Shown: piece by piece, positions 25,884-36,767 of the stretch
Layout: each line of letters begins with the position of its first letter
Numbering within the stretch: position 1 is the first letter of the stretch
Assembly: GCA_964504275.1 (NCBI GenBank)
Contig: CAZDDV010000002.1
Location: 12,822 to 76,821 of the forward strand
From: an uncultured Candidatus Saccharibacteria bacterium
GTDB lineage: Bacteria; Patescibacteriota; Saccharimonadia; Saccharimonadales; JAGQNJ01
Reading direction: 5' to 3'
Length of the DNA stretch: 64,000 nucleotides
Program-made: the position numbers and the translations under genes
The notes under the pieces: generated by a model
The model's input: only the letters and a program-made list of their open reading frames with translations
Told to the model about the DNA's origin: nothing
Databases searched by the model: none

Positions 25884-26762
25884 ATGGAAGTTCAGCTAAA
25901 AACAGGTACATATATTATTGCCGTTTCTGGCGGCGTGGATTCGGTCGTGCTTTTAGACGTTTTGTCGCGCAATAAAAACCTGCAATTAATCGTGGCGCAT
26001 TTTGAACATGGCATTCGTAGGGATTCAAATGATGATTTGGAGTTTGTAAAAAACTTGGCAAAAAAATACGATTTAACGTTTGAGTTTGCGCATGGGAACT
26101 TGGGAAAGAATGCGAGTGAAGAAACTGCGCGCAATGCTCGCTATAATTTTTTGCGCGCAACTAAAGCCAAGCATGGTGCAGATGCAATAATTTTGGCGCA
26201 TCACCAAGATGACATTATCGAAACGATGCTCATAAATATTATGCGTGGCACAAATCGCCGAGGCCTAAGTTCGCTCAAAAATACGCACGAGTTTTTGCGA
26301 CCATTTTTAGAAACACCAAAATCAGAAATCAAAACGTATGCCAAAGAAAAGAATTTGCAGTGGCGCGAAGATTCCACGAACAGTGACCCAAAATATTTAC
26401 GAAACTGGCTACGCACACATGTGACACCAAAACTGACCGCGGCTCAAAAAGTTCAGTTATTACAAATAAATGCTGATCTTAAAGTGTTAAATTCTGAAGT
26501 CGAGGAAATCCTACAAGCAGAGTTCGGCACAAAAGAATCGGAACTTGAAAAATCAGTAGTTATAAATGTGTCGTATGATGTAGCCTGCGAAATCATCGCC
26601 GATTGGCTGCGCAACAATAATGTAGCTGGGTTTAATAAGGCTACAATTGGACGAATTGTTATTGGCGCCAAAACGCTGCAGTCCGGCAAAATGATCGATG
26701 TAATAAACGGCGTAAAAGTGCTTGTTAGTACAAAATCACTTAAAATTAACCATAACAATTAG
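25884..26762 (+). CDS. tilS: tRNA(Ile)-lysidine synthase
   Basis: 292 aa with the PP-loop IAVSGGVDSVVLLDVL. Confidence 0.8.
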   Translation: MEVQLKTGTYIIAVSGGVDSVVLLDVLSRNKNLQLIVAHFEHGIRRDSNDDLEFVKNLAKKYDLTFEFAHGNLGKNASEETARNARYNFLRATKAKHGADAIILAHHQDDIIETMLINIMRGTNRRGLSSLKNTHEFLRPFLETPKSEIKTYAKEKNLQWREDSTNSDPKYLRNWLRTHVTPKLTAAQKVQLLQINADLKVLNSEVEEILQAEFGTKESELEKSVVINVSYDVACEIIADWLRNNNVAGFNKATIGRIVIGAKTLQSGKMIDVINGVKVLVSTKSLKINHNN

Positions 26763-26796
26763 TCTGAGCTCTGTTCATCTTGTATAATACCTGCGC

Positions 26797-28671
26797 ATGG
26801 ATAAAAAACCTTTCAAGAAGAAACCTACAAATGATTATGGAAAGCGCCGCGGATTCAAAAATGTTGGATTTGTAGCGCTCATTATTTTAATCGGTTTGGT
26901 GATTTTTGCCGCCACTAACCAGCCAAATCCATTGGCCGAAAAACCTCTGTCAGATGTTGTAAATCGAGCCAACGAAGGCCAAGTTAAAAAGATCAGTATT
27001 AAAGGTAATAACCTTGAAGTTACCAAGCAAGGTGAAGATAAACCAAGCGAGAGATCAAGCAAAGAAGCAGGATCGAGCATTTACGAACAGGGGCTTAATA
27101 AGAACATCCAAGGTTTGGAAGTTGAAGCTAAGGCAGATTCTGGCAACGACACATTGGTGCAAATCGGCGTTTCACTCATCCCAGTAATTATTATCGCGGG
27201 GATTTTATTCTTTATGTTGCGGAGTGCTCAAGGCCAGGGAAACCAAGCTATGAGTTTTGGCAAAAGTCGCGCTCGTTTGTACGGAAACGAAAAAGACAAA
27301 GTTATGTTTAAGAATATCGCCGGCACGCAAGAAGCCAAACAAGATCTTGAAGAAGTTGTAGAGTTTTTGAAGTTCCCTAAAAAGTTTGAATCTGTGGGCG
27401 CGAAAATTCCAAAAGGCGTGCTTTTGGTCGGTCCTCCCGGTACCGGTAAAACAATGTTGGCGCGAGCTGTTGCCGGCGAGGCAGGCGTGCCGTTCTTTAG
27501 TATTTCTGGCTCAGAATTTGTGGAAATGTTTGTGGGCGTCGGTGCTTCACGCGTGCGTGATTTATTCGCCAAGGCTAAAAAGAATGCGCCGTGTATTATT
27601 TTTGTCGACGAAATCGACGCTGTTGGACGCCGCCGCGGCTCAGGCATGGGCGGTGGTCACGATGAACGCGAACAAACACTCAACCAGATTTTGGTAGAAA
27701 TGGATGGATTCGAGCAAGGCCAAAATGTAATTGTTCTGGCCGCTACAAACCGCGCCGACGTATTAGACCCAGCACTGTTGCGACCAGGCCGTTTTGATCG
27801 CCGCGTTAATATCAGTCTGCCTGACCGAAAAGACCGCGAAGCAATTTTGAAAGTTCATTTTAAAGACAAGCCAATCACCAAAGGCGTTGATGTGTCAGCT
27901 TTGGCTGCTAAAACCGCAGGATCTTCTGGAGCTGATCTTGGAAATATCGTAAACGAATCAGCAATTATTGCAGCTCGTCACGACCGCAAAGAAATCACTC
28001 AAACCGATGTAACCTCTGCATTCGAAAAAGTTGCCATTGGCCCAGAGCGAAAAGGCAAGATTATGAGCGAGCACGAAAAAGAACTAACTGCATACCACGA
28101 AGCAGGTCACGCAATCGTTGGTCATGTTTTGCCCGACAGCGACATGGTCCACAAGGTTACGATTATTCCGCGCGGCGGTACTGGTGGCGTGACATGGTTT
28201 ATTCCACCAGAAGACAAAAGTTACCACAGTATTATCGAGTTTAAAGATGTGTTGGCCCGCATGATTGGTGGCCGCATGGCAGAAGAAGTGATTTATGGCA
28301 AAGATCGCGTAACAACAGGTGCGGGTTCTGATCTGCCAAAAGCCGCCGAGCTTGCTCGTGACATGATTGTCGAGCAAGGAATGGGAAGCGGAAAATTACG
28401 AAACCAAGTTTTCCACGTAGAAGAGGGCATGATGATGGATCGCATGATGCACGAAAAGCAGTATTCTGAAGAAACAGCCAAAGCAATCGACTACGAAGTC
28501 GAAGGACTGATCGCCGAAGCTACAGACCGAGCCAGAGTTGTGATCAAAGCAAACCTCGACAAACTAGAAAAACTCAAAGATGCCTTGATAGAAAAAGAAA
28601 CCGTTGAAGCCGAAGAAGTGCTGGATATCCTCAAAGGCTCAAAAATGCCAAAAGCCGCCAGTTTGTACTAA
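26797..28671 (+). CDS. ftsH: ATP-dependent zinc metalloprotease FtsH
   Basis: 624 aa with GPPGTGKT, the second region of homology, and HEAGHA. Confidence 0.95.
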   Translation: MDKKPFKKKPTNDYGKRRGFKNVGFVALIILIGLVIFAATNQPNPLAEKPLSDVVNRANEGQVKKISIKGNNLEVTKQGEDKPSERSSKEAGSSIYEQGLNKNIQGLEVEAKADSGNDTLVQIGVSLIPVIIIAGILFFMLRSAQGQGNQAMSFGKSRARLYGNEKDKVMFKNIAGTQEAKQDLEEVVEFLKFPKKFESVGAKIPKGVLLVGPPGTGKTMLARAVAGEAGVPFFSISGSEFVEMFVGVGASRVRDLFAKAKKNAPCIIFVDEIDAVGRRRGSGMGGGHDEREQTLNQILVEMDGFEQGQNVIVLAATNRADVLDPALLRPGRFDRRVNISLPDRKDREAILKVHFKDKPITKGVDVSALAAKTAGSSGADLGNIVNESAIIAARHDRKEITQTDVTSAFEKVAIGPERKGKIMSEHEKELTAYHEAGHAIVGHVLPDSDMVHKVTIIPRGGTGGVTWFIPPEDKSYHSIIEFKDVLARMIGGRMAEEVIYGKDRVTTGAGSDLPKAAELARDMIVEQGMGSGKLRNQVFHVEEGMMMDRMMHEKQYSEETAKAIDYEVEGLIAEATDRARVVIKANLDKLEKLKDALIEKETVEAEEVLDILKGSKMPKAASLY

Positions 28672-28739
28672 AAAGTTTCTCTAGTTTTTTGAAAAATCAT
28701 CTGTAAAACCTACGCCGAAACAGCTATACTTCTAGGTGA

Positions 28740-30326
28740 ATGAAACAAATATTTCGCCGGGCAACATCACGTTTGTCGGTGAGCGGTGCGGCAAGCTTAT
28801 TAATTGGCGTCACGCTCATCAGTCAAGTCTTGGGTTTTTTGCGCAGCCGTTTAATTGGTACTAATATTGCACAAATTGATCCAGGTGCATCAGACGCATT
28901 TTTTGCGGCGTTTCAGATTCCTGACTTTTTTTATTTTACGATTTCAGCTGGCGTACTTGGTGTAGCGTTTATTCCGTTTTTGAATGATCGCCTGCAAGCC
29001 GGCGACAAAAAAGGTGTGTGGGATTTAACAAACAGCCTACTAAATGTTTTATTGATTGTGATGGCGGCTTTGGGTGTGTTGATTTTTGTTTTTGCGCAGC
29101 CAATTATTCACTCGCTTTTTCCGAATATGAGGCCAGAAAATCTTGCCCAAGCGGTAACTATTACGAAATTGATTGCATTTAATCCGCTATTTTTTGCACT
29201 GGCAGGAGTTATTACAAGCACGCAGCAGACGTTTGGACGATTTTTCTTTTTTGCGATTTCCCCGCTTGCCTACAACCTGGCAATTATTGCCAGTCTTTTT
29301 ATATTCAAGGATAGCCTGGGTGTTATTGGACTAGGTGTCGGCGCATTAGCCGGTAGCATTTTGCAGTTGTTGATTGCGCTGGTCGGTATGGTTGGCTTGG
29401 GTTACAAATACCGCTGGCACATTGGCTGGAAAAACCCTCGTTTGCGGGGAATGCTCCGGCAGTTACCACCGCGCTCGTTAGATCAAGGAATCGACCAGAT
29501 CAATAGTATTGTTGAGGTTAACCGCGCTCAAACGTTGGCGGTTGGATCTGTTAGTAACTATAGCTTTGCTTTCACGCTGCACAATGTCCCAGTCATGTTA
29601 CTCGGAAACGCAATTGCAATTGCAGCGTTTCCCAGGCTTACAGAGCGACTCAGTCAAGGCCGCCCCGATTTGTTTAAGCGAGATTTTTTACGAATTTTGG
29701 GTGTCATGATTTGGATTTCACTGCCGGTCGTTGTTATTAGTTATTTTGCGCGTGCCTATTTGGCGCGCATGATTTATGGCGATGTAAAACAAGAAATTGC
29801 ACTGATTTTTGGCTTTTTGGCGGCAGCCATATTTTTTAGAATTATGTACAGTATTATTTCGCGGTATTTTTATGCGCACAAAGATACTAAAACGCCGTTG
29901 TTTGTTTCGATCCTTGCAATTGGTTTAAATATATACTTGGCGTTCACACTTGCAAGCCCAAACGCATATGGCGTTGCAGGCCTGGCTCTGGCACAATCGA
30001 TTGTCGCCGGCGCCGAGGTTTTTATTTTGGCGGCACTGATTGTTATTCGTGATCGACACTTCTTTTCTGCGCAGTTTATGGAAGTTATGATTCGTATGCT
30101 TTCGGCTACTGGTTTTACGATTGTGGTTGCATTTGCGATGATTCGTTTTTTGCCGCTCGAGACGACCGATCGGGGATTTGTGACACTTGCAAGCAAACTC
30201 GTGGTTATCAGTGGAGTTGTACTCGGTGTCTATTTAATAGTTTCGCTTATGCTGCGACTTGAAGAGCCAAAACCAGTAATTGATCGCATTAAACGCATTA
30301 TTCTTAAACCCATAAAAATTCAATAG
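28740..30326 (+). CDS. murJ: lipid II flippase MurJ/MviN
   Basis: 528 aa with about 14 TM helices and a MviN-like N-terminus. Confidence 0.85.
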   Translation: MKQIFRRATSRLSVSGAASLLIGVTLISQVLGFLRSRLIGTNIAQIDPGASDAFFAAFQIPDFFYFTISAGVLGVAFIPFLNDRLQAGDKKGVWDLTNSLLNVLLIVMAALGVLIFVFAQPIIHSLFPNMRPENLAQAVTITKLIAFNPLFFALAGVITSTQQTFGRFFFFAISPLAYNLAIIASLFIFKDSLGVIGLGVGALAGSILQLLIALVGMVGLGYKYRWHIGWKNPRLRGMLRQLPPRSLDQGIDQINSIVEVNRAQTLAVGSVSNYSFAFTLHNVPVMLLGNAIAIAAFPRLTERLSQGRPDLFKRDFLRILGVMIWISLPVVVISYFARAYLARMIYGDVKQEIALIFGFLAAAIFFRIMYSIISRYFYAHKDTKTPLFVSILAIGLNIYLAFTLASPNAYGVAGLALAQSIVAGAEVFILAALIVIRDRHFFSAQFMEVMIRMLSATGFTIVVAFAMIRFLPLETTDRGFVTLASKLVVISGVVLGVYLIVSLMLRLEEPKPVIDRIKRIILKPIKIQ

Positions 30327-30366
30327 CTCTATTCTTATCTGTTCACCTCTGTTATAATCGAGCAGA

Positions 30367-32145
30367 ATGAATCAATCTCATATTAGAAACTTCTGCATTA
30401 TTGCACATATTGATCACGGCAAGTCGACGCTGGCCGATCGTTTGCTGGAATTGACTGGCACGGTCGCAAAACGCGACATGAAAAACCAGCTGTTAGACCG
30501 CATGGATTTAGAACGCGAAAAAGGAATTACGATCAAGCTGCAACCAGTTCGAATGGATTACAAGGATCACGAACTTAACTTGATTGATACTCCGGGGCAT
30601 GTTGATTTTAGCTACGAAGTATCCCGTAGTTTGCAAGCCTGCGAAGGAGCGTTATTGGTTGTTGACGCCAGTCAGGGGATCCAAGCCCAAACGCTGGCCA
30701 ACGTGTATTTGGCGATGGAGCAAGACCTGACGATTATTCCGATTTTAAACAAAATTGATTTGCCGGCGGCGGATGTCGAACGTGTGAGTGCCGAAGTTGT
30801 GTCACTACTTGGCTGCAGCAAAGAAGAAATCTTGCATATTTCTGCTAAAACCGGCCAGGGCGTTGAGGCAGTGTTGGATCGAATCGTTGCAGAAGTTCCA
30901 CCACCACGAAACGAACCAAATGATGACACCCGGGCGCTAATTTTTGACAGCTACTATGATGATTATCGCGGCGTTATTTTGTACGTAAGAGTTTTTAACG
31001 GCGAAATTCCAAAGGCTGCCGAAATTACCATGATGGCTACAAAAACCGACGGCATTGCGCTGGAAGTTGGCGCACTCAAACCAAGCATGAAAGCATTGCC
31101 GAGCTTGGCTGAGGGTGAAATCGGCTACATTGTTACCAACCTTAAATCTACGCGTGAAGCAAAAGTTGGTGATACAATCACGCTCGCCAAACAAAGGGCA
31201 ACAAAACCATTGCCGGGCTACAAAGATGTTCAGCCATTTGTCTACGCTGGATTTTTCCCGGACAGCAACGAAAATTATAATTTGCTAAAAGAAGCGATTG
31301 AAAAATTAAGTCTGAGCGATTCAGCGCTTAGGTTTGAACCAGAAAATTCACCAGTCTTGGGCTTTGGTATGCGCGTCGGATTCTTAGGACTTTTGCACAT
31401 GGATATCGTCAAAGAGCGATTAGAGCGCGAATATAGTATTGGACTTATCATTACAAATCCATCGACCGATTATCATGTCATGATGACAAATGGCGAGCAA
31501 ATTGATATTCGTTCGGCCGCAGACTTGCCAGACGTCTCGCAAATTTTAGAAATAAAAGAACCATGGATTGTTGGCGAAATTGTCGTCCCAAAAGATTATG
31601 TCGGCCCGGTCATACAATTAATTACTAGCAAACGTGGTGTGCAAAAAAACTTGAGCTACGTCGACGAACTCACGGTGGTAAGTTTTGAAGCACCGCTGGC
31701 AAATTTGTTGACAGATTTTTACGATCAACTAAAAAGTGTGACGTCCGGTTACGGCTCGTTTAATTACGAACTGGCTGATTACCGCGCCGAAGATTTAGTT
31801 CGCGTTGATTTTTACGTAGCTAGTGAAATCGTAGAAACACTTTCTATCATGGTTCATCGCAGCGAATCAGTTAGTTTGGGTCGCGAAATTGTCGAAAAAC
31901 TAAAGGATGTCATTCCGCGCCAAAACTTTAAAGTTGCTCTGCAAGCCGCAATTGGCGGCAAGTTCATCGCCCGTGAAGATATTAGCGCTTACCGAAAAGA
32001 CGTCACCGCAAAATTGTATGGTGGCGATGTCACGCGTCGCAAAAAGTTACTAGAAAAACAAAAAAAGGGTAAAGCCCGCGCCAAAATGTTTGGCAACGTC
32101 GAAATCCCAGCCGAAGCCTTTACCGTTATGCTCAAACGCGATTAG
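30367..32145 (+). CDS. lepA: elongation factor 4 (LepA)
   Basis: 592 aa with IRNFCIIAHIDHGKSTLADRLL and DTPGHVDF. Confidence 0.95.
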   Translation: MNQSHIRNFCIIAHIDHGKSTLADRLLELTGTVAKRDMKNQLLDRMDLEREKGITIKLQPVRMDYKDHELNLIDTPGHVDFSYEVSRSLQACEGALLVVDASQGIQAQTLANVYLAMEQDLTIIPILNKIDLPAADVERVSAEVVSLLGCSKEEILHISAKTGQGVEAVLDRIVAEVPPPRNEPNDDTRALIFDSYYDDYRGVILYVRVFNGEIPKAAEITMMATKTDGIALEVGALKPSMKALPSLAEGEIGYIVTNLKSTREAKVGDTITLAKQRATKPLPGYKDVQPFVYAGFFPDSNENYNLLKEAIEKLSLSDSALRFEPENSPVLGFGMRVGFLGLLHMDIVKERLEREYSIGLIITNPSTDYHVMMTNGEQIDIRSAADLPDVSQILEIKEPWIVGEIVVPKDYVGPVIQLITSKRGVQKNLSYVDELTVVSFEAPLANLLTDFYDQLKSVTSGYGSFNYELADYRAEDLVRVDFYVASEIVETLSIMVHRSESVSLGREIVEKLKDVIPRQNFKVALQAAIGGKFIAREDISAYRKDVTAKLYGGDVTRRKKLLEKQKKGKARAKMFGNVEIPAEAFTVMLKRD

Positions 32146-32164
32146 TTTTCTGCTAATTGTACAA

Positions 32165-32626
32165 TCAGTTTTTTTGTAGCGATTGCAGATCTTTGATAAT
32201 TTCGGCGGCGTGATTTTTTGGCGTAACTTTCGGATAGTGTTTTACGATGTTGCCTCGCGGATCGATTATAAACGTCGAGCGGATTATTCCCATGTAGACT
32301 TTGCCGTACATGCTGCGTTCGCCCCAGGCGTTGTAAGCTTTGATGGTGTCCATAGACTCGTCGCTGAGCAATGTAAAATTTAGATTGTACTTGTCGGCAA
32401 ATTTCTTGTGTGATGCAACGGAATCTTTGCTGATTCCGATTACTTCGGCTTTACCGAGCTCGGCAATTACGTCGCGTTCGTCCCGAAACGTGCAGGCTTC
32501 GGTTGTGCAACCCGGCGTGTCGTCTTTTGGGTAAAAGTATAAAACCACCCACTTGCCACTGTAGTTTTGCAGCGTCTTTGTTTGACCATTCTGATCTTGC
32601 AGACTAAAATCCGGTGCTTTGTTCAT
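32165..32626 (-). CDS. bcp: thioredoxin-dependent peroxiredoxin (Bcp type)
   Basis: 153 aa with FYPKDDTPGCTTEAC. Confidence 0.85.
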   Translation of the reverse strand: MNKAPDFSLQDQNGQTKTLQNYSGKWVVLYFYPKDDTPGCTTEACTFRDERDVIAELGKAEVIGISKDSVASHKKFADKYNLNFTLLSDESMDTIKAYNAWGERSMYGKVYMGIIRSTFIIDPRGNIVKHYPKVTPKNHAAEIIKDLQSLQKN

Positions 32627-32693
32627 ACATCCAGTGTAACAAAATAATCACACGAACCTGTACAAAAATGCCGGGCTATTATAAGGTATACAG

Positions 32694-33263
32694 ATGAAAA
32701 AGCAGATTATAACGATTGCCGGCCGGCCAGGTAGCGGTAAATCAACAACCGCAAAGCTTGTTGCTGAAAAACTAGGGTTCGAGCATTTCTCGTCGGGCGA
32801 TTTGTTCCGTCAAATTGCAAAAGAAAGTAACATTGACGTTCTGCAGGCAAATCTAAGTGCTGAGGATAATTATGAGATTGACCACAAAGTTGATGGTCGA
32901 TTGCAAGAAATTTATAAAACAAAAGATAAATTAGTTATAGATTCTCGAACCGCATGGCACTGGATGCCCAGTTCGTTCAAAGTTTTTTTAGATTTAGATT
33001 TAGACGTAGCTGCCGAGCGAATTTTAAAAGCACTCGAAGAGCGAGATGATCATAACGAGGATATTCCACCCAGTCCTAAAGATTATGCACAGACATTACA
33101 ACAGCGTTTGGATAGTGAAAACAAACGCTACCAGGCTTTGTATGGAATTAACCCAGCTGATATGAGTAATTATGACTTAGTGGTTGATACACAAACTAAT
33201 AATATCGAACAAGTAGTGAGCCAGGTTCTACTAGAATTTCAAGATTGGCAAAAAACAGATTAG
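32694..33263 (+). CDS. cytidylate-kinase-like / NMP-kinase family protein
   Basis: 189 aa with the P-loop IAGRPGSGKST. Confidence 0.6.
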   Translation: MKKQIITIAGRPGSGKSTTAKLVAEKLGFEHFSSGDLFRQIAKESNIDVLQANLSAEDNYEIDHKVDGRLQEIYKTKDKLVIDSRTAWHWMPSSFKVFLDLDLDVAAERILKALEERDDHNEDIPPSPKDYAQTLQQRLDSENKRYQALYGINPADMSNYDLVVDTQTNNIEQVVSQVLLEFQDWQKTD

Positions 33264-33318
33264 AAAACAAAGTAATTAACACTCTTGAAACGAGTCAAGA
33301 ATCCACATAAAATCGCAA

Positions 33319-33345
33319 TTAGCACTCTTGACTCGTGAGTGCCAA
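33319..33345. promoter_or_regulatory. CIRCE operator (HrcA binding site)
   Basis: TTAGCACTC-N9-GAGTGCCAA, compared with the consensus TTAGCACTC-N9-GAGTGCTAA. Confidence 0.85.
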
Positions 33346-33355
33346 CTTGGTAAAA

Positions 33356-33382
33356 TTAGCACTGTAAAAGGTAAAGTGCTAT
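33356..33382. promoter_or_regulatory. second, slightly degenerate CIRCE element
   Basis: TTAGCACTG-N9-AAGTGCTAT, ending 3 nt before the hrcA ATG. Confidence 0.6.
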
Positions 33383-33384
33383 TT

Positions 33385-34086
33385 ATGCTTACTGAGAGAC
33401 AAGAAAAATTACTAGCTGCAATTATCGAACAGTACGCCGAAGTCGCCGTGCCGGTCGGTTCTAGTTTGTTGGCGAAAGTTTTTGATGTGTCATCCGCCAC
33501 TATTCGTAGCGAGATGGCCGAACTCGAAAAACAAGGGTTTATAAAACAACCGCACACCAGCGCTGGCCGTGTGCCGACAGACAAAGGTTACCGACATTTC
33601 GTCAATAGTTTGGGCGAAAACACTGGCGAGAGCACTTCGCGCCAAGCCCACGCAATCGAGCGCCAAATTAACGATTCTGGCGAAGCCGAACAAGCAATCA
33701 AAAACGCCGTGCAAGCGCTGGCGTCTGCTACTAACAATTTGAGCATTGGCATTTGGGGCGGGCGCGTCTATCAATCTGGATTGTCGTCGCTGTTTAGCCA
33801 GCCAGAATTTTTTGGCGGTATCGAAGCTCAAGAAATCGCCCGTTTGGTAGAAAACCTACCAGAACTTATCGATCAGATCTACGAAGACGACAACCGCATT
33901 ACGGTGTATATCGGCCGCGAAAACCCAATTTTTAAATCTGCTGGCGCCAGTTCAATTATTGGCCGAGTTAAAACAGCCGATGGGCAAAGTTTTGTTGGTG
34001 TGGTTGGGCCAACTCGCCAAAACTACGGCCAAGTTGTTGGTTTGGTAGATTACGTGAGCCGGTCATTAGAAAGGGCGCTAAATTAG
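33385..34086 (+). CDS. hrcA: heat-inducible repressor HrcA (short form, 233 aa)
   Basis: MLTERQEKLLAAIIEQYAEVAVPVGS ... SSATIRSEMAELEKQGFIKQPHTSAGRVPTDKGYRHFV. Confidence 0.8.
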   Translation: MLTERQEKLLAAIIEQYAEVAVPVGSSLLAKVFDVSSATIRSEMAELEKQGFIKQPHTSAGRVPTDKGYRHFVNSLGENTGESTSRQAHAIERQINDSGEAEQAIKNAVQALASATNNLSIGIWGGRVYQSGLSSLFSQPEFFGGIEAQEIARLVENLPELIDQIYEDDNRITVYIGRENPIFKSAGASSIIGRVKTADGQSFVGVVGPTRQNYGQVVGLVDYVSRSLERALN

Positions 34087-34087
34087 T

Positions 34088-34561
34088 ATGAGCAAAATGA
34101 AAAAACCAGTAGCAGTAGAATTGCAGCAAAAAATTGATGAGTTAACAGATGCGTTGCAGCGCGAACGCGCCGATGCGCAAAATATTCGTCGCCGCCACGA
34201 CGCGCAATACGCGAGTTTGCAAAGCTCGGTGAAAGCAAATGTTGTACGCGAACTTTTGCCGGCAATTGATAACTTGGAGCGCGCGCTAAAGCACACGCCG
34301 CAAGAACTCGAAGGCAACGATTACGTCAAAGGCGTGCAAGGCGTCGTTAAGCAATTCGAAAAAACGCTGAGCGATATTGGTGTCACGCGCATTAAAACTG
34401 TCGGTGAAGTTTTTGACCCGAAACTTCACGAAGCAGTTTCAATGGAAGACGAAGGCGGAGAAGTTGAAGTCATTTGCGAGGAACTTCAACCTGGCTACGT
34501 TTTAAGCAATGAAGTCGTCCGCCACGCCATGGTTAAAGTAAAAACGGAGGCAAAAAAATGA
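34088..34561 (+). CDS. grpE: nucleotide exchange factor GrpE
   Basis: 157 aa with LLPAIDNLERAL and FDPKLHEAV. Confidence 0.9.
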   Translation: MSKMKKPVAVELQQKIDELTDALQRERADAQNIRRRHDAQYASLQSSVKANVVRELLPAIDNLERALKHTPQELEGNDYVKGVQGVVKQFEKTLSDIGVTRIKTVGEVFDPKLHEAVSMEDEGGEVEVICEELQPGYVLSNEVVRHAMVKVKTEAKK

Positions 34562-34808
34562 GTTCACAAGATCCCATAACTGATTCGTACGAAAGACTCG
34601 AAAGAGCGCGTGCAGCTGGGTGGCCCGAAGCTTTTGTTGTTGAGCGCCAGAAATTATTAAGTGGATCCTGAAATGTATCTTGCTGAGTTAGCAGTAATAA
34701 ACGGCGACTTGGATCATTGTGCATATAAGGAAGAAGAGGCGTCACGGCTCGAGCTAGGCATCGATCAAGATGTATGGATGAAAGAAATTTAAGAAAGGAA
34801 TATAAAAT

Positions 34809-36722
34809 ATGGGAAAAATAATTGGAATAGATTTAGGAACAACAAACTCAGCAATGGCGGTAATGCAATCTGGTAAGCCAGAAATTATTGCCAACAGCGA
34901 GGGTAATCGCACAACTCCATCAGTTGTAGCGATCAATAAAAACAACGAACGTTTGGTGGGGCAAGTTGCTAATCGCCAGCGTGTTACAAATGCGACCAAC
35001 ACGATTTTTGGTGTCAAACGTTTGATCGGCCGTAAGTTTGGCGACAAAGAAGTGCAAAAAGATTTGCACCTAATGCCGTACGACATTATCAAATCTGGTA
35101 ATGGCGTCAAAGTAAAAATGGCCGACAAAGAATTTAGTCCAGAAGAAGTTTCGGCAATGATTCTATCAAAACTAAAAGCCGACGCCGAAGCGTTCTTGGG
35201 TGAACCAGTTACCGAAGCGGTCATTACCGTGCCAGCCTATTTTGACGATTCGCAGCGCCAAGCAACCAAAGACGCCGGTAAAATTGCCGGTTTGGAAGTA
35301 AAACGAATTATTAACGAGCCAACCGCTGCGGCATTAGCCTACGGACTCGACAAGGGCAAGGAAGAAAAAATTGCCGTGTTTGACCTTGGTGGTGGAACAT
35401 TCGACGTTTCAATCTTGCAACTCGGTGACGGTGTGTTTGAGGTTTTGGCGACAAACGGCGACACGCACTTAGGCGGCGAAGACTTTGATATGAAGATTGT
35501 TGACCATCTTGTTGAGGCTTTCAAAAAAGACTCTGGTGTTGATGTAAAATCCGATAAAGCTGCTATGCAACGTCTAAAAGAAGAAGCAGAAAAATCTAAG
35601 AAAGAACTTAGTACAACCGAAGTTGCTGATATTAACTTGCCATTCTTGACAGCTGACGCTGAAGGCCCAAAGCACTTTGAATACAAATTGACTCGCGCAA
35701 AACTGATCGATCTTGTACAAGACATGATCGACAAAACTGCCGATCCATGCAAAAAAGCTTTGAAAGACGCCAAGCTCGATGCCAAAGATATTAACGAAGT
35801 TATCTTAGTTGGTGGAATGACGCGCATGCCAGCCGTGATCGAAAAAGTAAAAAGTATTTTTGGTAAAGATCCAAAACAGGGCGTCAACCCAGACGAAGTT
35901 GTAGCTGTGGGCGCTGCTATTCAGGGTGGAGTTTTGCAGGGCGATGTTAAAGATGTGCTTTTGTTAGATGTTACGCCCCTGAGTTTAGGAATCGAAACGC
36001 TTGGTGGAGTTTCTACAAAACTTATCGAACGAAATACTACGATCCCTTCAAGCAAATCCGAAACATTTTCGACAGCTGCTGATAATCAACCGCAAGTTGA
36101 AATTCACGTGTTGCAAGGCGAGCGCGAAATGGTTGCTGACAACAAATCACTTGGACGCTTCGTGCTGGATGGAATTCCAAGTGCGCCGCGTGGTGTGGCA
36201 CAAATCGAAGTCACGTTTAATATTGATGCCAACGGAATTTTGAACGTAGCTGCCAAAGACAAAGGCTCAGGCAAAGAACAATCAATTACCATTCAAAACT
36301 CCGGAAACCTAGACAAAGCCGAAGTAGAAAAAGCAGCTAAAGACGCCGAAGCTCACGCCGAAGAAGACAAGAAAAAGCGTGAAGTGATCGAAGTGCGAAA
36401 CCAACTTGACGGTGCGGTATACCAAGCCGAAAAAATGAAGAACGACAACAAAGAAAAGTTGAGTGAAGACGATATTAAAACTTTGGACGAAGCAGTCGAA
36501 GCCGCTAAGAAAGTTTTGGCCGACGAAGGCGCCGACAAAGAAAAACTAGAATCCGCAGCAAAAGAACTCACCGACAAAATCATGCCAATCGGCGCGAAAA
36601 TGTACGAAGAAGCTGCAAAAGAAGACAAATCTGAAGGCGATGAAAAATCGGAAGACAAGAAAGACGAACCAGTCGAAGGCGAAGTCGTAGAAGAAAAAGA
36701 AGACAAGAAAGACAATAAGTAA
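34809..36722 (+). CDS. dnaK: molecular chaperone DnaK
   Basis: 637 aa with [10 protein letters not shown] and DLGGGTFD. Confidence 0.97.
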   Translation: MGKIIGIDLGTTNSAMAVMQSGKPEIIANSEGNRTTPSVVAINKNNERLVGQVANRQRVTNATNTIFGVKRLIGRKFGDKEVQKDLHLMPYDIIKSGNGVKVKMADKEFSPEEVSAMILSKLKADAEAFLGEPVTEAVITVPAYFDDSQRQATKDAGKIAGLEVKRIINEPTAAALAYGLDKGKEEKIAVFDLGGGTFDVSILQLGDGVFEVLATNGDTHLGGEDFDMKIVDHLVEAFKKDSGVDVKSDKAAMQRLKEEAEKSKKELSTTEVADINLPFLTADAEGPKHFEYKLTRAKLIDLVQDMIDKTADPCKKALKDAKLDAKDINEVILVGGMTRMPAVIEKVKSIFGKDPKQGVNPDEVVAVGAAIQGGVLQGDVKDVLLLDVTPLSLGIETLGGVSTKLIERNTTIPSSKSETFSTAADNQPQVEIHVLQGEREMVADNKSLGRFVLDGIPSAPRGVAQIEVTFNIDANGILNVAAKDKGSGKEQSITIQNSGNLDKAEVEKAAKDAEAHAEEDKKKREVIEVRNQLDGAVYQAEKMKNDNKEKLSEDDIKTLDEAVEAAKKVLADEGADKEKLESAAKELTDKIMPIGAKMYEEAAKEDKSEGDEKSEDKKDEPVEGEVVEEKEDKKDNK

Positions 36723-36767
36723 CAAGATCTTTAGTAGTTGACCACCAAAAAAAAGGAAAACACAACA

